This document shows positions 49,470-58,481 of a stretch of DNA of 64,000 nt, piece after piece (position 1 is the first letter of the stretch; each line of letters opens with the position of its first letter). This stretch comes from an uncultured Alphaproteobacteria bacterium (GTDB taxonomy: Bacteria > Pseudomonadota > Alphaproteobacteria > RF32 > CAG-239): the NCBI GenBank assembly GCA_944393715.1, contig CALYBB010000038.1:15325-79324 (forward strand). Reading direction: 5' to 3'. The position numbers and the translations under genes were made by a program. The notes below the pieces were generated by a model. That model was not told where the DNA came from and searched no databases. It worked only from the letters and a program-made list of their open reading frames with translations.

Positions 49470-49945
49470 TTTTCTTCTGGTAAAATGTTTGCCCAGTTTT
49501 CAGATAGTTTTTCTAGCTTTGTGTTGATAACTTTCAGCCGATGTTGTGCGGAATTTTTGAAAATGAATACGAATAAGTCGGGGAGGACATAGTACAACAA
49601 AACTCCCAAAGCTGCGGCGCCGAGCATGATAATAATGTTGAAAATATTATCACGAATCGAGAATTCGATACCGGAGTTAAACTGGACGAAAATATTGTTT
49701 AAACGAATCATAATGCCGGCAATATTAAAGCAGCCAACGGTTGTGATTTTGTTGATGTTTTTGGTGTCGGTTATGACGATGGTCAAAGTCGGCAGAAGGC
49801 CTATGAGCAGAACAACAACCGCAGGCAAAACAGTGAAAATAACAAGGATGAGCGCCAGAAAAATTAAAATTTTCTGGATGAAATTGAAGTTGTTTTTGCC
49901 GGTTCTATTTTTTTTTGCCGGTGCTTTGATAATCGGTTTTGTCAT
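49466..49945 (-). CDS. Hypothetical polytopic membrane protein
   Basis: 159 aa with 3-4 TM helices. 4-bp overlap with the upstream kinase-like gene. Its 3' end overlaps the rpoH stop. Confidence 0.4.
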   Translation of the reverse strand: MTKPIIKAPAKKNRTGKNNFNFIQKILIFLALILVIFTVLPAVVVLLIGLLPTLTIVITDTKNINKITTVGCFNIAGIMIRLNNIFVQFNSGIEFSIRDNIFNIIIMLGAAALGVLLYYVLPDLFVFIFKNSAQHRLKVINTKLEKLSENWANILPEEN

Positions 49946-52023
49946 TTAATCACCCAATAAATTAAGCTGAAAATAAATGTGCTCAGCATGGTTAAAACGG
50001 CCAGAATCGATGAAAATCTGAAGGCAAGATCACGAGCCTCGTCTTCAATTTTTGAATCGCCGGATAAGATTTTGGCTTTTTCCGTTAGTAAAAAATTGGC
50101 GGTTTTCAGCGCTTCGGAATATTCTGACCTGTCGCGATTACGCGCTTCGTCGTTTTCGAGAATATTGACGATGTCGATTAATTTTCCGTTTTTTGAAATT
50201 TGCAAAAGCTCTTGCTCAAGATATTTTTGATATTTGATGTTGTGATAACTTTGGATCAACGGTTTGGATGTCTTTACGAGCCACTGGGTTAAATTGACTA
50301 GTTGTGCGGGGCCGTTTTTGTTTTGGATATTGGCATATAAACGGATAATGGCACCAATTTTAAGGGCATCTTGATTGGCGTTGATATCTATTAAGATGCC
50401 GTCAATTTTTTTGCCCATTTTGCAGCGGAGAAAAGCGATGATGTTTTTATCAAAAGGTTTGGTTTCGCTGTCGCCGTTAAAATGATCCAGAGCCTTAAGA
50501 AGGCGGGAAGGGCTGTTGACGAGGTTTTTGCCAACCAGAGGGCTTATGCAGGGCAAATCTTCGTCAAAATCGTACATTATGCGATCAAAACCGTAGCCAT
50601 AGTCGTTGCGCGCCAGATAAAGCTTGAATTCTCCGGCATTACTCGGGGCGCGTTGAGATGGCTGTTCTTGGTACCAAAGTTTTATTATGTCCGAGACAAC
50701 AAGTGTTTGCAAAGGGGTCAGAGCTAAGTTATTTTTCTTATAATAAAAGATTGTTTTGGCTATCCCGCCGGGAAACAGGTAAAAGTCGCCGCATCTCAGA
50801 GGGAGAGAATAATCCAAATAGATACATATTCTGGCTAGGAGCAGACTTTTATCAAGATTTTCTTTTTCGGACAAAATCTGTTTTTCTATTTTTGTATAAA
50901 GTTTTTCGTTTTCCAAACCGGTTTTTATCCACTCAAGCAATTTTCCGCTTTGGATAACTTCTATGCCAAAATCGGTGTTGGTAAGCATGTTGAGAGCAAC
51001 ACTTTTGCGCGTGTAGCATTTTTCGCCGTTTATGGTCAAGGCCCTAGTGGAACGTTCAAGAGCGTCGCTGTTCATAAATCCTGTTGTTTTGCCATCGTAG
51101 TAGTTGTACAGGCGGTTGTAGTCGCAACGGTTTTCGGGGTTGTCTTCCAGCATAGAGCGCAGAACGACGGCTATTTGATTGCTGATTTTTCTGTTCTCGG
51201 AGAGAAAAACAAAAGAAGAATTTTTTAATTTTTGTTTGATGAGTTCTCCGGCAGAAAGTTCTGATGTTATTTCATGGTTGAAAAACAATCCAAGCATAAC
51301 CACGCCGGCAGAATAAATATCCTGTTCGTGTGTGCCGTTGCCACGAGCAAATGGTTTGCAGAGCATATTTTCGATTGTTTCGTAAACAAGAGGTTGGTGA
51401 TATCCAGGAAAATCAGCCAGACAATCTCCTAAAACAAGTTCGTTGCGTGAGGGATCTTTATACCAAATGTTGTTCAGACGAATAGCGCGGTGATTCAGGC
51501 CAAAAGTTTTGAGAACGTCACAGGCGGATAAAAGCGACAGAGACAGTGATTTGAACTTTTCAAAGGATATTTTTTCTGCATCGTCGTCGAAAACATCGGC
51601 TCGAGGGCCAGAGGGTTTGTTGTAAATCAGGGCGATGGTTTCGCGGCCATCTTTGGTTGTAATGAATCCATATTCTACCAGTTTTAGAATATTTGGGACA
51701 TCTATGGATTTCATATAGGAAAGATATGATAGGCGGGGCGCATTTTTCTCTCCACAAACCAAAGCAAACAGACTGCGCTGAGGATTAATATTGTCCTTGG
51801 TTTCATAGGCAAGAGCGCCGTTGCTGTCATATTGAGGCAGAGGCTGGTTGAAGCGAATCTCGTAGCGTTCTTTTAGCAGAAAATTGTCAATGTCTGCCGG
51901 TTCTGGGTTTTCAGCGGAAACTTCTGTTTGTGGTTCGTTGCTCATTTCGCAATCTTTCTGTTTGTTTATTAAATATACATTTTTTAGCAAAATATTCTTA
52001 ATAAAAAGCAAATTTTTTATCAT
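49942..52023 (-). CDS. Eukaryotic-like Ser/Thr protein-kinase-like protein (probable pseudokinase) with a C-terminal TM anchor
   Basis: HRAIRLNN sits at the catalytic-loop position of HRDLKPEN, with Ala replacing Asp. LGDCLADF is DFG-like. DIYSAGVVMLGLF matches subdomain IX. C-terminal TM helix. The real start may be the internal Met at MSNEPQ. Confidence 0.5.
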   Translation of the reverse strand: MIKNLLFIKNILLKNVYLINKQKDCEMSNEPQTEVSAENPEPADIDNFLLKERYEIRFNQPLPQYDSNGALAYETKDNINPQRSLFALVCGEKNAPRLSYLSYMKSIDVPNILKLVEYGFITTKDGRETIALIYNKPSGPRADVFDDDAEKISFEKFKSLSLSLLSACDVLKTFGLNHRAIRLNNIWYKDPSRNELVLGDCLADFPGYHQPLVYETIENMLCKPFARGNGTHEQDIYSAGVVMLGLFFNHEITSELSAGELIKQKLKNSSFVFLSENRKISNQIAVVLRSMLEDNPENRCDYNRLYNYYDGKTTGFMNSDALERSTRALTINGEKCYTRKSVALNMLTNTDFGIEVIQSGKLLEWIKTGLENEKLYTKIEKQILSEKENLDKSLLLARICIYLDYSLPLRCGDFYLFPGGIAKTIFYYKKNNLALTPLQTLVVSDIIKLWYQEQPSQRAPSNAGEFKLYLARNDYGYGFDRIMYDFDEDLPCISPLVGKNLVNSPSRLLKALDHFNGDSETKPFDKNIIAFLRCKMGKKIDGILIDINANQDALKIGAIIRLYANIQNKNGPAQLVNLTQWLVKTSKPLIQSYHNIKYQKYLEQELLQISKNGKLIDIVNILENDEARNRDRSEYSEALKTANFLLTEKAKILSGDSKIEDEARDLAFRFSSILAVLTMLSTFIFSLIYWVIK

Positions 52024-52089
52024 TGTTTTTTTGAAAAATAGGTTTTAATATGCGAAGAATAGTATGAAAAGTGGTTGGTGGAATAAAAA

Positions 52090-53163
52090 ATGACGGAACG
52101 GCAGCCAGATTATGTTTTGCAACAGCTTGAAGGTGAAAATTTGTTTCCGGCTGTCAGTGCTGATGTTCGTGTTTTGGGTGAGGCTGCCCAATATAACGTC
52201 AATTTAAATGCATTGGAGACGCCAGAAAAAACTGAAAATCGCCGGCGCCACTCAGAACAGAAAAGAAAAGAAGATTGGCGAAGATTGGATGTTAATTTAT
52301 CAGACATTCTGAATCTGATTGTTGCAACTTCGGAAAGACCGACTTTTATGGTACGGGATGATAAATTGGTTTATCTCAATCCGGCGGCTATGCAGCTTTT
52401 GGATATTAGTTTGGATAAAAATGTTATTAATAATGATTTTTTGAATTTGGTGGTTAAGGATGATTGGAATTTGCTGGCTGAAAATATCGGCGAGATGTTG
52501 ACGGATTCAAAAAGTTTAAGGATTAGGTTGTTGTCGGCAACGGGAAAAATTATTCCAATGCGCTTTCAGGCTATTTATTTGTCGGAAATTGAACATTTTT
52601 CGTTTATTTTGTTGGGAGAGCATATTCGTAAAGAGATTAAGCCGACATTTAATAATTTGTATGACGATATGACAGGGCTGCCGAATTTCTTTTTGTTTGA
52701 AGACAGAGTTCAGGTGGCGACGGCTTTGGAAAATGCTAAAGAGAACGCCAAGGATCAACGGATGATTGCGGTTGCGGTTATCAGTATAGATAATATTGAT
52801 TCTTTTCGTAAAATGCATATTGAGGAGTTGATTATAAAAAAAATAGCCAATAATTTGGTTTTGAATTTGCGAAAAAGTGCTACGGTCGCATTGGGACTGA
52901 AGTATAATTTTTGGATTATGCTTCCCAATCTGAAAACTATGGCGGAGGTTAATCACGAAATAAGACAGATTGCCGAAATCTTAAACGACGGCGTCAGTGA
53001 TAATTTTACGAGGCACGAATTGCTTTTTTCAATGGGGGTTAGCGCTTTTCCGCGGCCAGGGCATTCGGCAAAAAAAATAATAGAACAGGCTATTGCGGCC
53101 ATTAAAACAGCACAGACAAATCCTAAAAACTCAGTTGAATTTTTTAGAAGCGAGACAATTTAA
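52090..53163 (+). CDS. PAS-like / degenerate GGDEF domain protein
   Basis: GGDEF-domain entry motif DDMTGLPNFFLFEDR. The GG[DE]EF active site is replaced by ALGLKYNF. Confidence 0.45.
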   Translation: MTERQPDYVLQQLEGENLFPAVSADVRVLGEAAQYNVNLNALETPEKTENRRRHSEQKRKEDWRRLDVNLSDILNLIVATSERPTFMVRDDKLVYLNPAAMQLLDISLDKNVINNDFLNLVVKDDWNLLAENIGEMLTDSKSLRIRLLSATGKIIPMRFQAIYLSEIEHFSFILLGEHIRKEIKPTFNNLYDDMTGLPNFFLFEDRVQVATALENAKENAKDQRMIAVAVISIDNIDSFRKMHIEELIIKKIANNLVLNLRKSATVALGLKYNFWIMLPNLKTMAEVNHEIRQIAEILNDGVSDNFTRHELLFSMGVSAFPRPGHSAKKIIEQAIAAIKTAQTNPKNSVEFFRSETI

Positions 53164-53166
53164 TTA

Positions 53167-53202
53167 AAAGAACAAAGCCTCCGAAGAGGCTTTGTTCTTT
53201 TT
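53167..53202. terminator. Bidirectional rho-independent terminator
   Basis: Perfect 15-bp stem aaagaacaaagcctc, loop cgaa, gaggctttgttcttt, flanked by T/A runs on both strands. Confidence 0.6.
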
Positions 53203-53206
53203 AAGA

Positions 53207-53926
53207 TTAACGGCGGTCGCCAAAAAAGCGCAGCAGGTATAAAAACAGGTTGATGAAGTCTAAATAAAGACTTAAAGCTCCGGTCAAGGCTTTTTTGACG
53301 GCTGTTTCGGAATCGTCCGTTGATCTGTAAATTTCACGGATTTTTTGCGAATCATAAGCTGTCAGGCCGCTGAAGATTCCAACGCCGATGATTGACAAAG
53401 CCCAGTCCAGTCCGCTACTCTTTAAGAAAATGTTGACAAGAGTGGCAATAATAAGGCCAATCAATCCCATGTAGAGAAAAGAACCGAATCCGGTCAGATC
53501 CCGTTTGGTCGTGTAACCATAAAGACTCAGTCCGCCAAAGGCTCCGGCCGTTATCAAGAAAACGCGCACCAAACTGCTTTGTGTATAGAGTAGGAAAATC
53601 GGTGCCAAGCTTATTCCCATCAGTGCGGCATAACTCCAAAACAAAAGCTGGACTTGTTTTGATGTTCCCGTACGGACAACCCAGTTGAAGGCAAAAACCA
53701 TAATCAATGGTGCAATGAAAGCTAACCAACCGAAACCGGATAAAGAAGCTCCTTGCGGTGTTACGTTAAAAAACAAATTCATTAAAGATGTATTGACAAC
53801 CAGCCATGCGGCTAAAGCTGTTACGCAAAGACCACCGGCCATAAAGTTGTATACTTTTTGCATATAGCCGCGCAAACCAGCGTCTACGGCAGGGGAAGTT
53901 GTTTGGGTATAAATTTCGTGTTGCAT
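53207..53926 (-). CDS. Bax-inhibitor-1/YccA family membrane protein
   Basis: Seven TM helices. Typical BI-1 N-terminus and basic C-terminus. Confidence 0.8.
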   Translation of the reverse strand: MQHEIYTQTTSPAVDAGLRGYMQKVYNFMAGGLCVTALAAWLVVNTSLMNLFFNVTPQGASLSGFGWLAFIAPLIMVFAFNWVVRTGTSKQVQLLFWSYAALMGISLAPIFLLYTQSSLVRVFLITAGAFGGLSLYGYTTKRDLTGFGSFLYMGLIGLIIATLVNIFLKSSGLDWALSIIGVGIFSGLTAYDSQKIREIYRSTDDSETAVKKALTGALSLYLDFINLFLYLLRFFGDRR

Positions 53927-54005
53927 TTAAGAATCCTTTTAGTGAATTGTTACCAAGGATTAATATAGTGAGAAAATTTTTAAAAATCAACAAACATGCT
54001 GATTT

Positions 54006-54713
54006 TCAGACGTATTGGTACAATGTTTTGCCACGGATTTTAAGCCAGTGGCGGCTTTGTTCATAATTTGGGCAGAGAAAACGAACCGTCTGCCAGAAAG
54101 CGGCGGAGTGATCCGGATGTTTAAGGTGCGAGACTTCATGGCAAACCAAGTATTCAATAACATCGGCCGGAGCCATAGCAATGCGCCAATTGTAATTGAT
54201 GCAGCCACGGGTTGAGCAACTTCCCCAGCGCGATTTGGTGTCTTTGATTTTTACAGAAACCACGCGACAGTCAAGAATTTTGGCTTTGGCCAAGCTCATT
54301 TCGGAAAGTTTTTTTAGGGCTTGTCGTTTGATATAATCCGTTACCCGTCGATGCAAAAATTCTGGTTTGCCGCCAATTTTCAGAACAGTGTTTTCAAATC
54401 GGACTCCGCGTAATTCGGATATATGCTGAACAGTGTATTTTGAACCAAAAAATTCAAATTGGGCACCGTCAACAAAATGCTTCGGCTGCGGCAGGCGTGC
54501 CAGATTATTGATGATCCAATCGCGATGCTCTTCCAAAAATTTGAGCGCTTTGGTGCGGCTGCAATACTTGGGCAAGGTTAAAACGGGACGCCGTTTTTTT
54601 TCATCAATACGCAGAGTCAGATGTTTGGCTAACGGCGATTTGACCACGCTGATTTCAAAATCAAAATAATCGTTAAAATTAAAGGTCTGGCCAGTCAATA
54701 ATGTAATCTTCAT
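54006..54713 (-). CDS. YgjP/DUF45 (M48-like) metal-dependent hydrolase
   Basis: HEVSHLKH HExxH motif near the C-terminus. 235 aa. Confidence 0.7.
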   Translation of the reverse strand: MKITLLTGQTFNFNDYFDFEISVVKSPLAKHLTLRIDEKKRRPVLTLPKYCSRTKALKFLEEHRDWIINNLARLPQPKHFVDGAQFEFFGSKYTVQHISELRGVRFENTVLKIGGKPEFLHRRVTDYIKRQALKKLSEMSLAKAKILDCRVVSVKIKDTKSRWGSCSTRGCINYNWRIAMAPADVIEYLVCHEVSHLKHPDHSAAFWQTVRFLCPNYEQSRHWLKIRGKTLYQYV

Positions 54714-55185
54714 AGTTTTTTACTTCGGTTTCGGATATTAAGGGCCGTCCTTTTAGGGACATACCTGCTTGATGGACTGAATCGGCTCTGCCGGTTATTA
54801 AAGGGTGCCATGAAGGGAGATCTTTGCCCTGCGCCAGAAGCCGATAAGCACAGGTGCACGGCAGAAGTTCCGGTTCGGTCAGAACTGTTTTTAGATTTAT
54901 GTCGCGACAGTCAAAGACTTTTTCAAAACGGTGTTCGTAAATACGGCAAAGACAGCTTTCGGGATCCAAGAATCGGCAGCGGGCATTGGTAAAACATATC
55001 TTTCCACGACGTTCCAGTTTATTTAGGCAGCATTTGCCGCAGCCGTCGCACAGAAGTTCCCATTCTTCCGGAGATAGGTCGCTGAGGGCTTTTTTCTTCC
55101 AAAATTCCGGTTCAAAAGACGCGATGTTTTGATAGCGGTTTTTAGGAAGAGGATTTTTTTCGGGCCAAAAACGCATGTTTACCAT
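54679..55185 (-). CDS. ycgN: YcgN/UPF0260 family Cys-cluster protein
   Basis: SPEEWELLCDGCGKCCLNKL and downstream CRIYE...CAYRLL, co-linear with E. coli YcgN. Confidence 0.7.
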   Translation of the reverse strand: MVNMRFWPEKNPLPKNRYQNIASFEPEFWKKKALSDLSPEEWELLCDGCGKCCLNKLERRGKICFTNARCRFLDPESCLCRIYEHRFEKVFDCRDINLKTVLTEPELLPCTCAYRLLAQGKDLPSWHPLITGRADSVHQAGMSLKGRPLISETEVKNYEDYIIDWPDL

Positions 55186-55604
55186 TCCTCATCTTCAATA
55201 ATATAGTCTTCCATATCTTGTTCGGCAACCAAAATATCCGGCGTTAGGTTTTGTGGAAGCGATGGGATATTATGTCCGCCTTTAAGAGGATGCCATGGCG
55301 GCAGGTCTCCGGTTTCGTTCAAAATTCGGTAAGCGCAGGTTTGCGGCATCCAAGTTAAAGAATTGATATTTTGAGGTGTTATTTTTAGGCATTTTGGCAC
55401 CAGTCGGCAACGATTTTGATATTCGAGGCAAGAATGGTTTTCTATATTAAAATAACGGCATATAATGCGGGTGTAATAAACTTCATCGGTTGTTTCATCT
55501 TGTAGCTTGACCAGACAACAACGCCCGCAACGGCAACAAATTTTTTCCCATTCTTCCGGCGATAAATCCGTTAGTCTTTTCCTTTTCCAAAAAGCGGTAT
55601 TCAC
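55179..55604 (-). CDS. Second YcgN/UPF0260 paralog
   Basis: SPEEWEKICCRCGRCCLVKL...CAYRIL. 7-bp overlap with the downstream paralog. Confidence 0.6.
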   Translation of the reverse strand: MNTAFWKRKRLTDLSPEEWEKICCRCGRCCLVKLQDETTDEVYYTRIICRYFNIENHSCLEYQNRCRLVPKCLKITPQNINSLTWMPQTCAYRILNETGDLPPWHPLKGGHNIPSLPQNLTPDILVAEQDMEDYIIEDEEW

Positions 55605-55614
55605 AGCTTATTCC

Positions 55615-57129
55615 TTATTCGGCACCGATACGATCCGGCAGGTATTCTTCTTTTGCTAAATTGCCAAATTGGGCATAATCGCCGTTCCAGAAGAGCTGAA
55701 TTGTGCCAGTCGGGCCATGGCGTTGTTTGCCGATGATGATTTCTGCCAGATTTTGGGTTTCTCTTTTGCGAGCCTCCCATTCGTCAAGGCGTTTTTGCAG
55801 ATGTTCTGGGGTTTCGCCTGATTTGAGTTTGGGTTCTTCGTTTTGGATGTAATAATTCTCGCGGAAAACAAACATGACGATATCTGCATCTTGTTCAATG
55901 GATCCTGATTCACGCAGATCAGACATTATCGGGCGTTTGTCATCGCGGCTTTCGACCCCGCGGTTCAACTGTGACAGGGCAATGACGGGAACTTGGAGCT
56001 CTTTTGCCAGTATTTTAAGACCTCGCGAAATTTCGGAAAGTTCTTGAACGCGGTTTCCTTCGGTTTTTTTGCTGCCAGTGCCGTTGATTAATTGGATATA
56101 GTCAATAACGATAAGGCCCAAACCTTTGTTACGTTTAAGACGGCGGGCTCGGGTGCGGATATTATTGATGTTGAGTCCGGGGGTGTCATCAATATAGAGA
56201 GGAATGTTTTCCAGCTCGCGCACGGCAGCAGCAATGCGTGTAAATTCCGCATTGTCTAATTCTCCGGTGCGCATTTTGTGGTTGTTGGTTTGAGTAACGG
56301 TCGAAAGAATGCGGGAAGCCAGTTGATCTGCCGACATTTCGAGAGAAAAAAAGGCAACGCCGCGGTTCTTGGCCGGCGTGTTTTTATCGTGGGCAATAAA
56401 TTCGGCGACATTATAGGCAATATTGGTGGCTAGTGCGGTTTTGCCCATGGCCGGACGGCCGGCAATAATAATTAGGTCGGAATCGTTCAGGCCGCCTGTT
56501 TTGGCGTCCAAAGCATCAAGACCGGTCGGCAGGCCGGAAATTTTGCCTTCTTTCTGATAAGCCGCTTCAATGCGTTTGATTGAATCGGTTAAAGCTTGGC
56601 TGAAGTCTATAAATCCGGTTGATGTTTCGCCTTGATTGGCTAAATCAAACAAACGCTTTTCGGCAGTCTCAATTTGCTCGGAGGCATCGGAGTCCAGATC
56701 CTCTTTGATGGCGTTGTTGACGATATCAAAACCAGTGGAAATTAATTCTCGGCGTAGGTATTTGTCATAAATAAACCGCGCATAATATTCAGCGTTGGTT
56801 AACGGAGTGGCGGAATCGGCCAGTTTGATTAGATATTTGTGTCCACCGACTTCGTTTAAAGAACCGTCTTGTTCAAAATAATTTTTCAGGGTAATCACAT
56901 CGGCAACATGGCCGCGCGTGATTAGTTTGCTGATAACATCAAAAATCTTGGCATGGACAGGATCGGCAAAATGTTCCGGACGCAGGAATTCGGAGATCTT
57001 TTCAAAAGTTTTGTTGTTGGCTAAAAGCGCTCCGAGCAAAGCTTGTTCGGCCTCAATATTTTTAGGGAGTTGTTCCGGTTGGATGTTTTCCATGGTTGAC
57101 GAGTCCTTTTTGTAAAAATCATATTGCAA
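55615..57129 (-). CDS. dnaB: Replicative DNA helicase DnaB
   Basis: N-terminal IEAEQALLGALL, Walker A GRPAMGKT, and the H2-H4 motifs. Confidence 0.92.
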   Translation of the reverse strand: MQYDFYKKDSSTMENIQPEQLPKNIEAEQALLGALLANNKTFEKISEFLRPEHFADPVHAKIFDVISKLITRGHVADVITLKNYFEQDGSLNEVGGHKYLIKLADSATPLTNAEYYARFIYDKYLRRELISTGFDIVNNAIKEDLDSDASEQIETAEKRLFDLANQGETSTGFIDFSQALTDSIKRIEAAYQKEGKISGLPTGLDALDAKTGGLNDSDLIIIAGRPAMGKTALATNIAYNVAEFIAHDKNTPAKNRGVAFFSLEMSADQLASRILSTVTQTNNHKMRTGELDNAEFTRIAAAVRELENIPLYIDDTPGLNINNIRTRARRLKRNKGLGLIVIDYIQLINGTGSKKTEGNRVQELSEISRGLKILAKELQVPVIALSQLNRGVESRDDKRPIMSDLRESGSIEQDADIVMFVFRENYYIQNEEPKLKSGETPEHLQKRLDEWEARKRETQNLAEIIIGKQRHGPTGTIQLFWNGDYAQFGNLAKEEYLPDRIGAE

Positions 57130-57243
57130 CTACTTATAATCAATAAAAGAATAAAAGACAAAATTTTTTAGTCTTTAGGATTGTGAATTATGGGGATAAA
57201 AAAACCCGCTCAGAAAAGCGGGTTAGGAGAGACTTGATGATAT

Positions 57244-57534
57244 TTATTTTGTTGCTGCCTTTTTTTTGGCGATCGCTTTTTTTATTTTTTTTGCTTCATC
57301 GGACAGCTTGGCGTTTGAGGTCGATTCCAAATAAGAATCCAATCCGCCGTTGTGTTCAATAGAACGCAGTGTCTTGGAACAAATTTTTAACTTGAAAGTC
57401 TTTCCCAAAACATCGCTCAGCAAAGAGACAATTTGCAAATTGGGCAAAAAACGACGACGTGTGCGATTGTTTGCATGGCTGACATTGTTGCCACTCATGG
57501 CGCCGGTGCCCGAAATTTCACATTTTCTAGCCAT
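57244..57534 (-). CDS. rpmB: 50S ribosomal protein L28
   Basis: MARKCEISGTGAMSGNNVSHANNRTRRRFLPNL. Start is at the internal Met of the longer ORF. Confidence 0.8.
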   Translation of the reverse strand: MARKCEISGTGAMSGNNVSHANNRTRRRFLPNLQIVSLLSDVLGKTFKLKICSKTLRSIEHNGGLDSYLESTSNAKLSDEAKKIKKAIAKKKAATK

Positions 57535-57694
57535 TGTTATAATCCTTTTTGTAAAAACTTTTTGCCTCTTAATACATATTATTCTTTGAATAGTCAAGAG
57601 AAAAGTTGGTTGTATATGGTTTTATTTGTGGTTTTGTAAAAATTTTGCTGGAATTTTTTCTAAAAGTGGTGTATTCAGGGGTAGATTTTGTTTG

Positions 57695-57771
57695 GTACCC
57701 GTAGCTCAGTTGGATAGAGTATCAGCCTCCGACGCTGAGGGTCGTGGGTTCGAATCCCTCCGGGTACGCCA
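57695..57771 (+). tRNA. tRNA-Arg (anticodon CCG)
   Basis: Perfect 7-bp acceptor stem gtacccg/cgggtac, anticodon arm tcagc-cTCCGac-gctga, T-loop GGTTCGAATCC, and encoded CCA. Confidence 0.85.
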
Positions 57772-57818
57772 GTTAAAAAGAACCGCTCTGCTGCGCAAGA
57801 GCGGTTTGTTGTAGGAGC
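57757..57818 (+). repeat. 62-bp direct repeat copy A (last 15 nt of tRNA-Arg plus its terminator)
   Basis: Identical to 57965-58026. Confidence 0.9.
57781..57812 (+). terminator. tRNA-Arg terminator hairpin
   Basis: aaccgctct gctgcgca agagcggtt followed by tgttg. Confidence 0.5.
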
Positions 57819-57964
57819 GTCCCGAGAGGGTCGAACCCACGGGTTCGTTCTCAGGCATCTAAATTCGCTGCGGTCGACAAGTGTGTCGACCTAGCTTATT
57901 AAGATGTTACAGAGAACTTGCAGAAAAAATTAACCGGAGCGGCGGTTAATTTTTCTTAGCGTTT

Positions 57965-58026
57965 CCTCCGGGTACGCCAGTTAAAAAGAACCGCTCTGCT
58001 GCGCAAGAGCGGTTTGTTGTAGGAGC
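57965..58026 (+). repeat. 62-bp direct repeat copy B (att-like duplicate of the tRNA-Arg 3' end)
   Basis: Identical to 57757-57818. The two copies are separated by a 146-bp spacer. Confidence 0.9.
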
Positions 58027-58045
58027 ATTTCGGGAGTGATGTAAG

Positions 58046-58480
58046 ATGGATGATAAAATTTATATTTCATGGGATGAATTTCATCGGGATGTTCGGGCTT
58101 TATGCAATAAAATAAGAGAAGATGGCAGATATGATAAGATAATTGCCATAAGTCGCGGCGGGATGCTTCCGGCAGGAATTATAGCTTATGAACTTAATAT
58201 ACGGCAGACGGCCGTTGTCAATATAGCGACCTATGTCGGTTCAAAGCATTTGAAAATTGATAAAATAGATATATTTGGAAATATTGCAGAAGCGGATGAG
58301 AAAACGTTGATTGTTGACGATTTGTCAGACAGCGGGCAAACATTACAAATTATGCGTCGCCGGTTTCCTAGAGGAAAATTTGTTACGGTTTATGTTAAGC
58401 CACGGGGAAAGGGAGAGGCAGATCTTTTCTCCCGCGAAATGCCAGATGAATGGATTGTTTTTCCGTGGGATGTTGAATAA
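58046..58480 (+). CDS. gpt: Xanthine-guanine phosphoribosyltransferase
   Basis: Co-linear with E. coli Gpt: ISRGG, PRPP motif LIVDDLSDSGQT, and C-terminal FPWD. Confidence 0.8.
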   Translation: MDDKIYISWDEFHRDVRALCNKIREDGRYDKIIAISRGGMLPAGIIAYELNIRQTAVVNIATYVGSKHLKIDKIDIFGNIAEADEKTLIVDDLSDSGQTLQIMRRRFPRGKFVTVYVKPRGKGEADLFSREMPDEWIVFPWDVE

Positions 58481-58481
58481 A

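Noticed and set aside
57819-57964. Second tRNA or integrase remnant in the spacer between the 62-bp direct repeats
   Set aside because: A GGGTCGAACCC T-arm-like string is present, but no acceptor/anticodon cloverleaf can be built by eye on either strand. No ORF is present.
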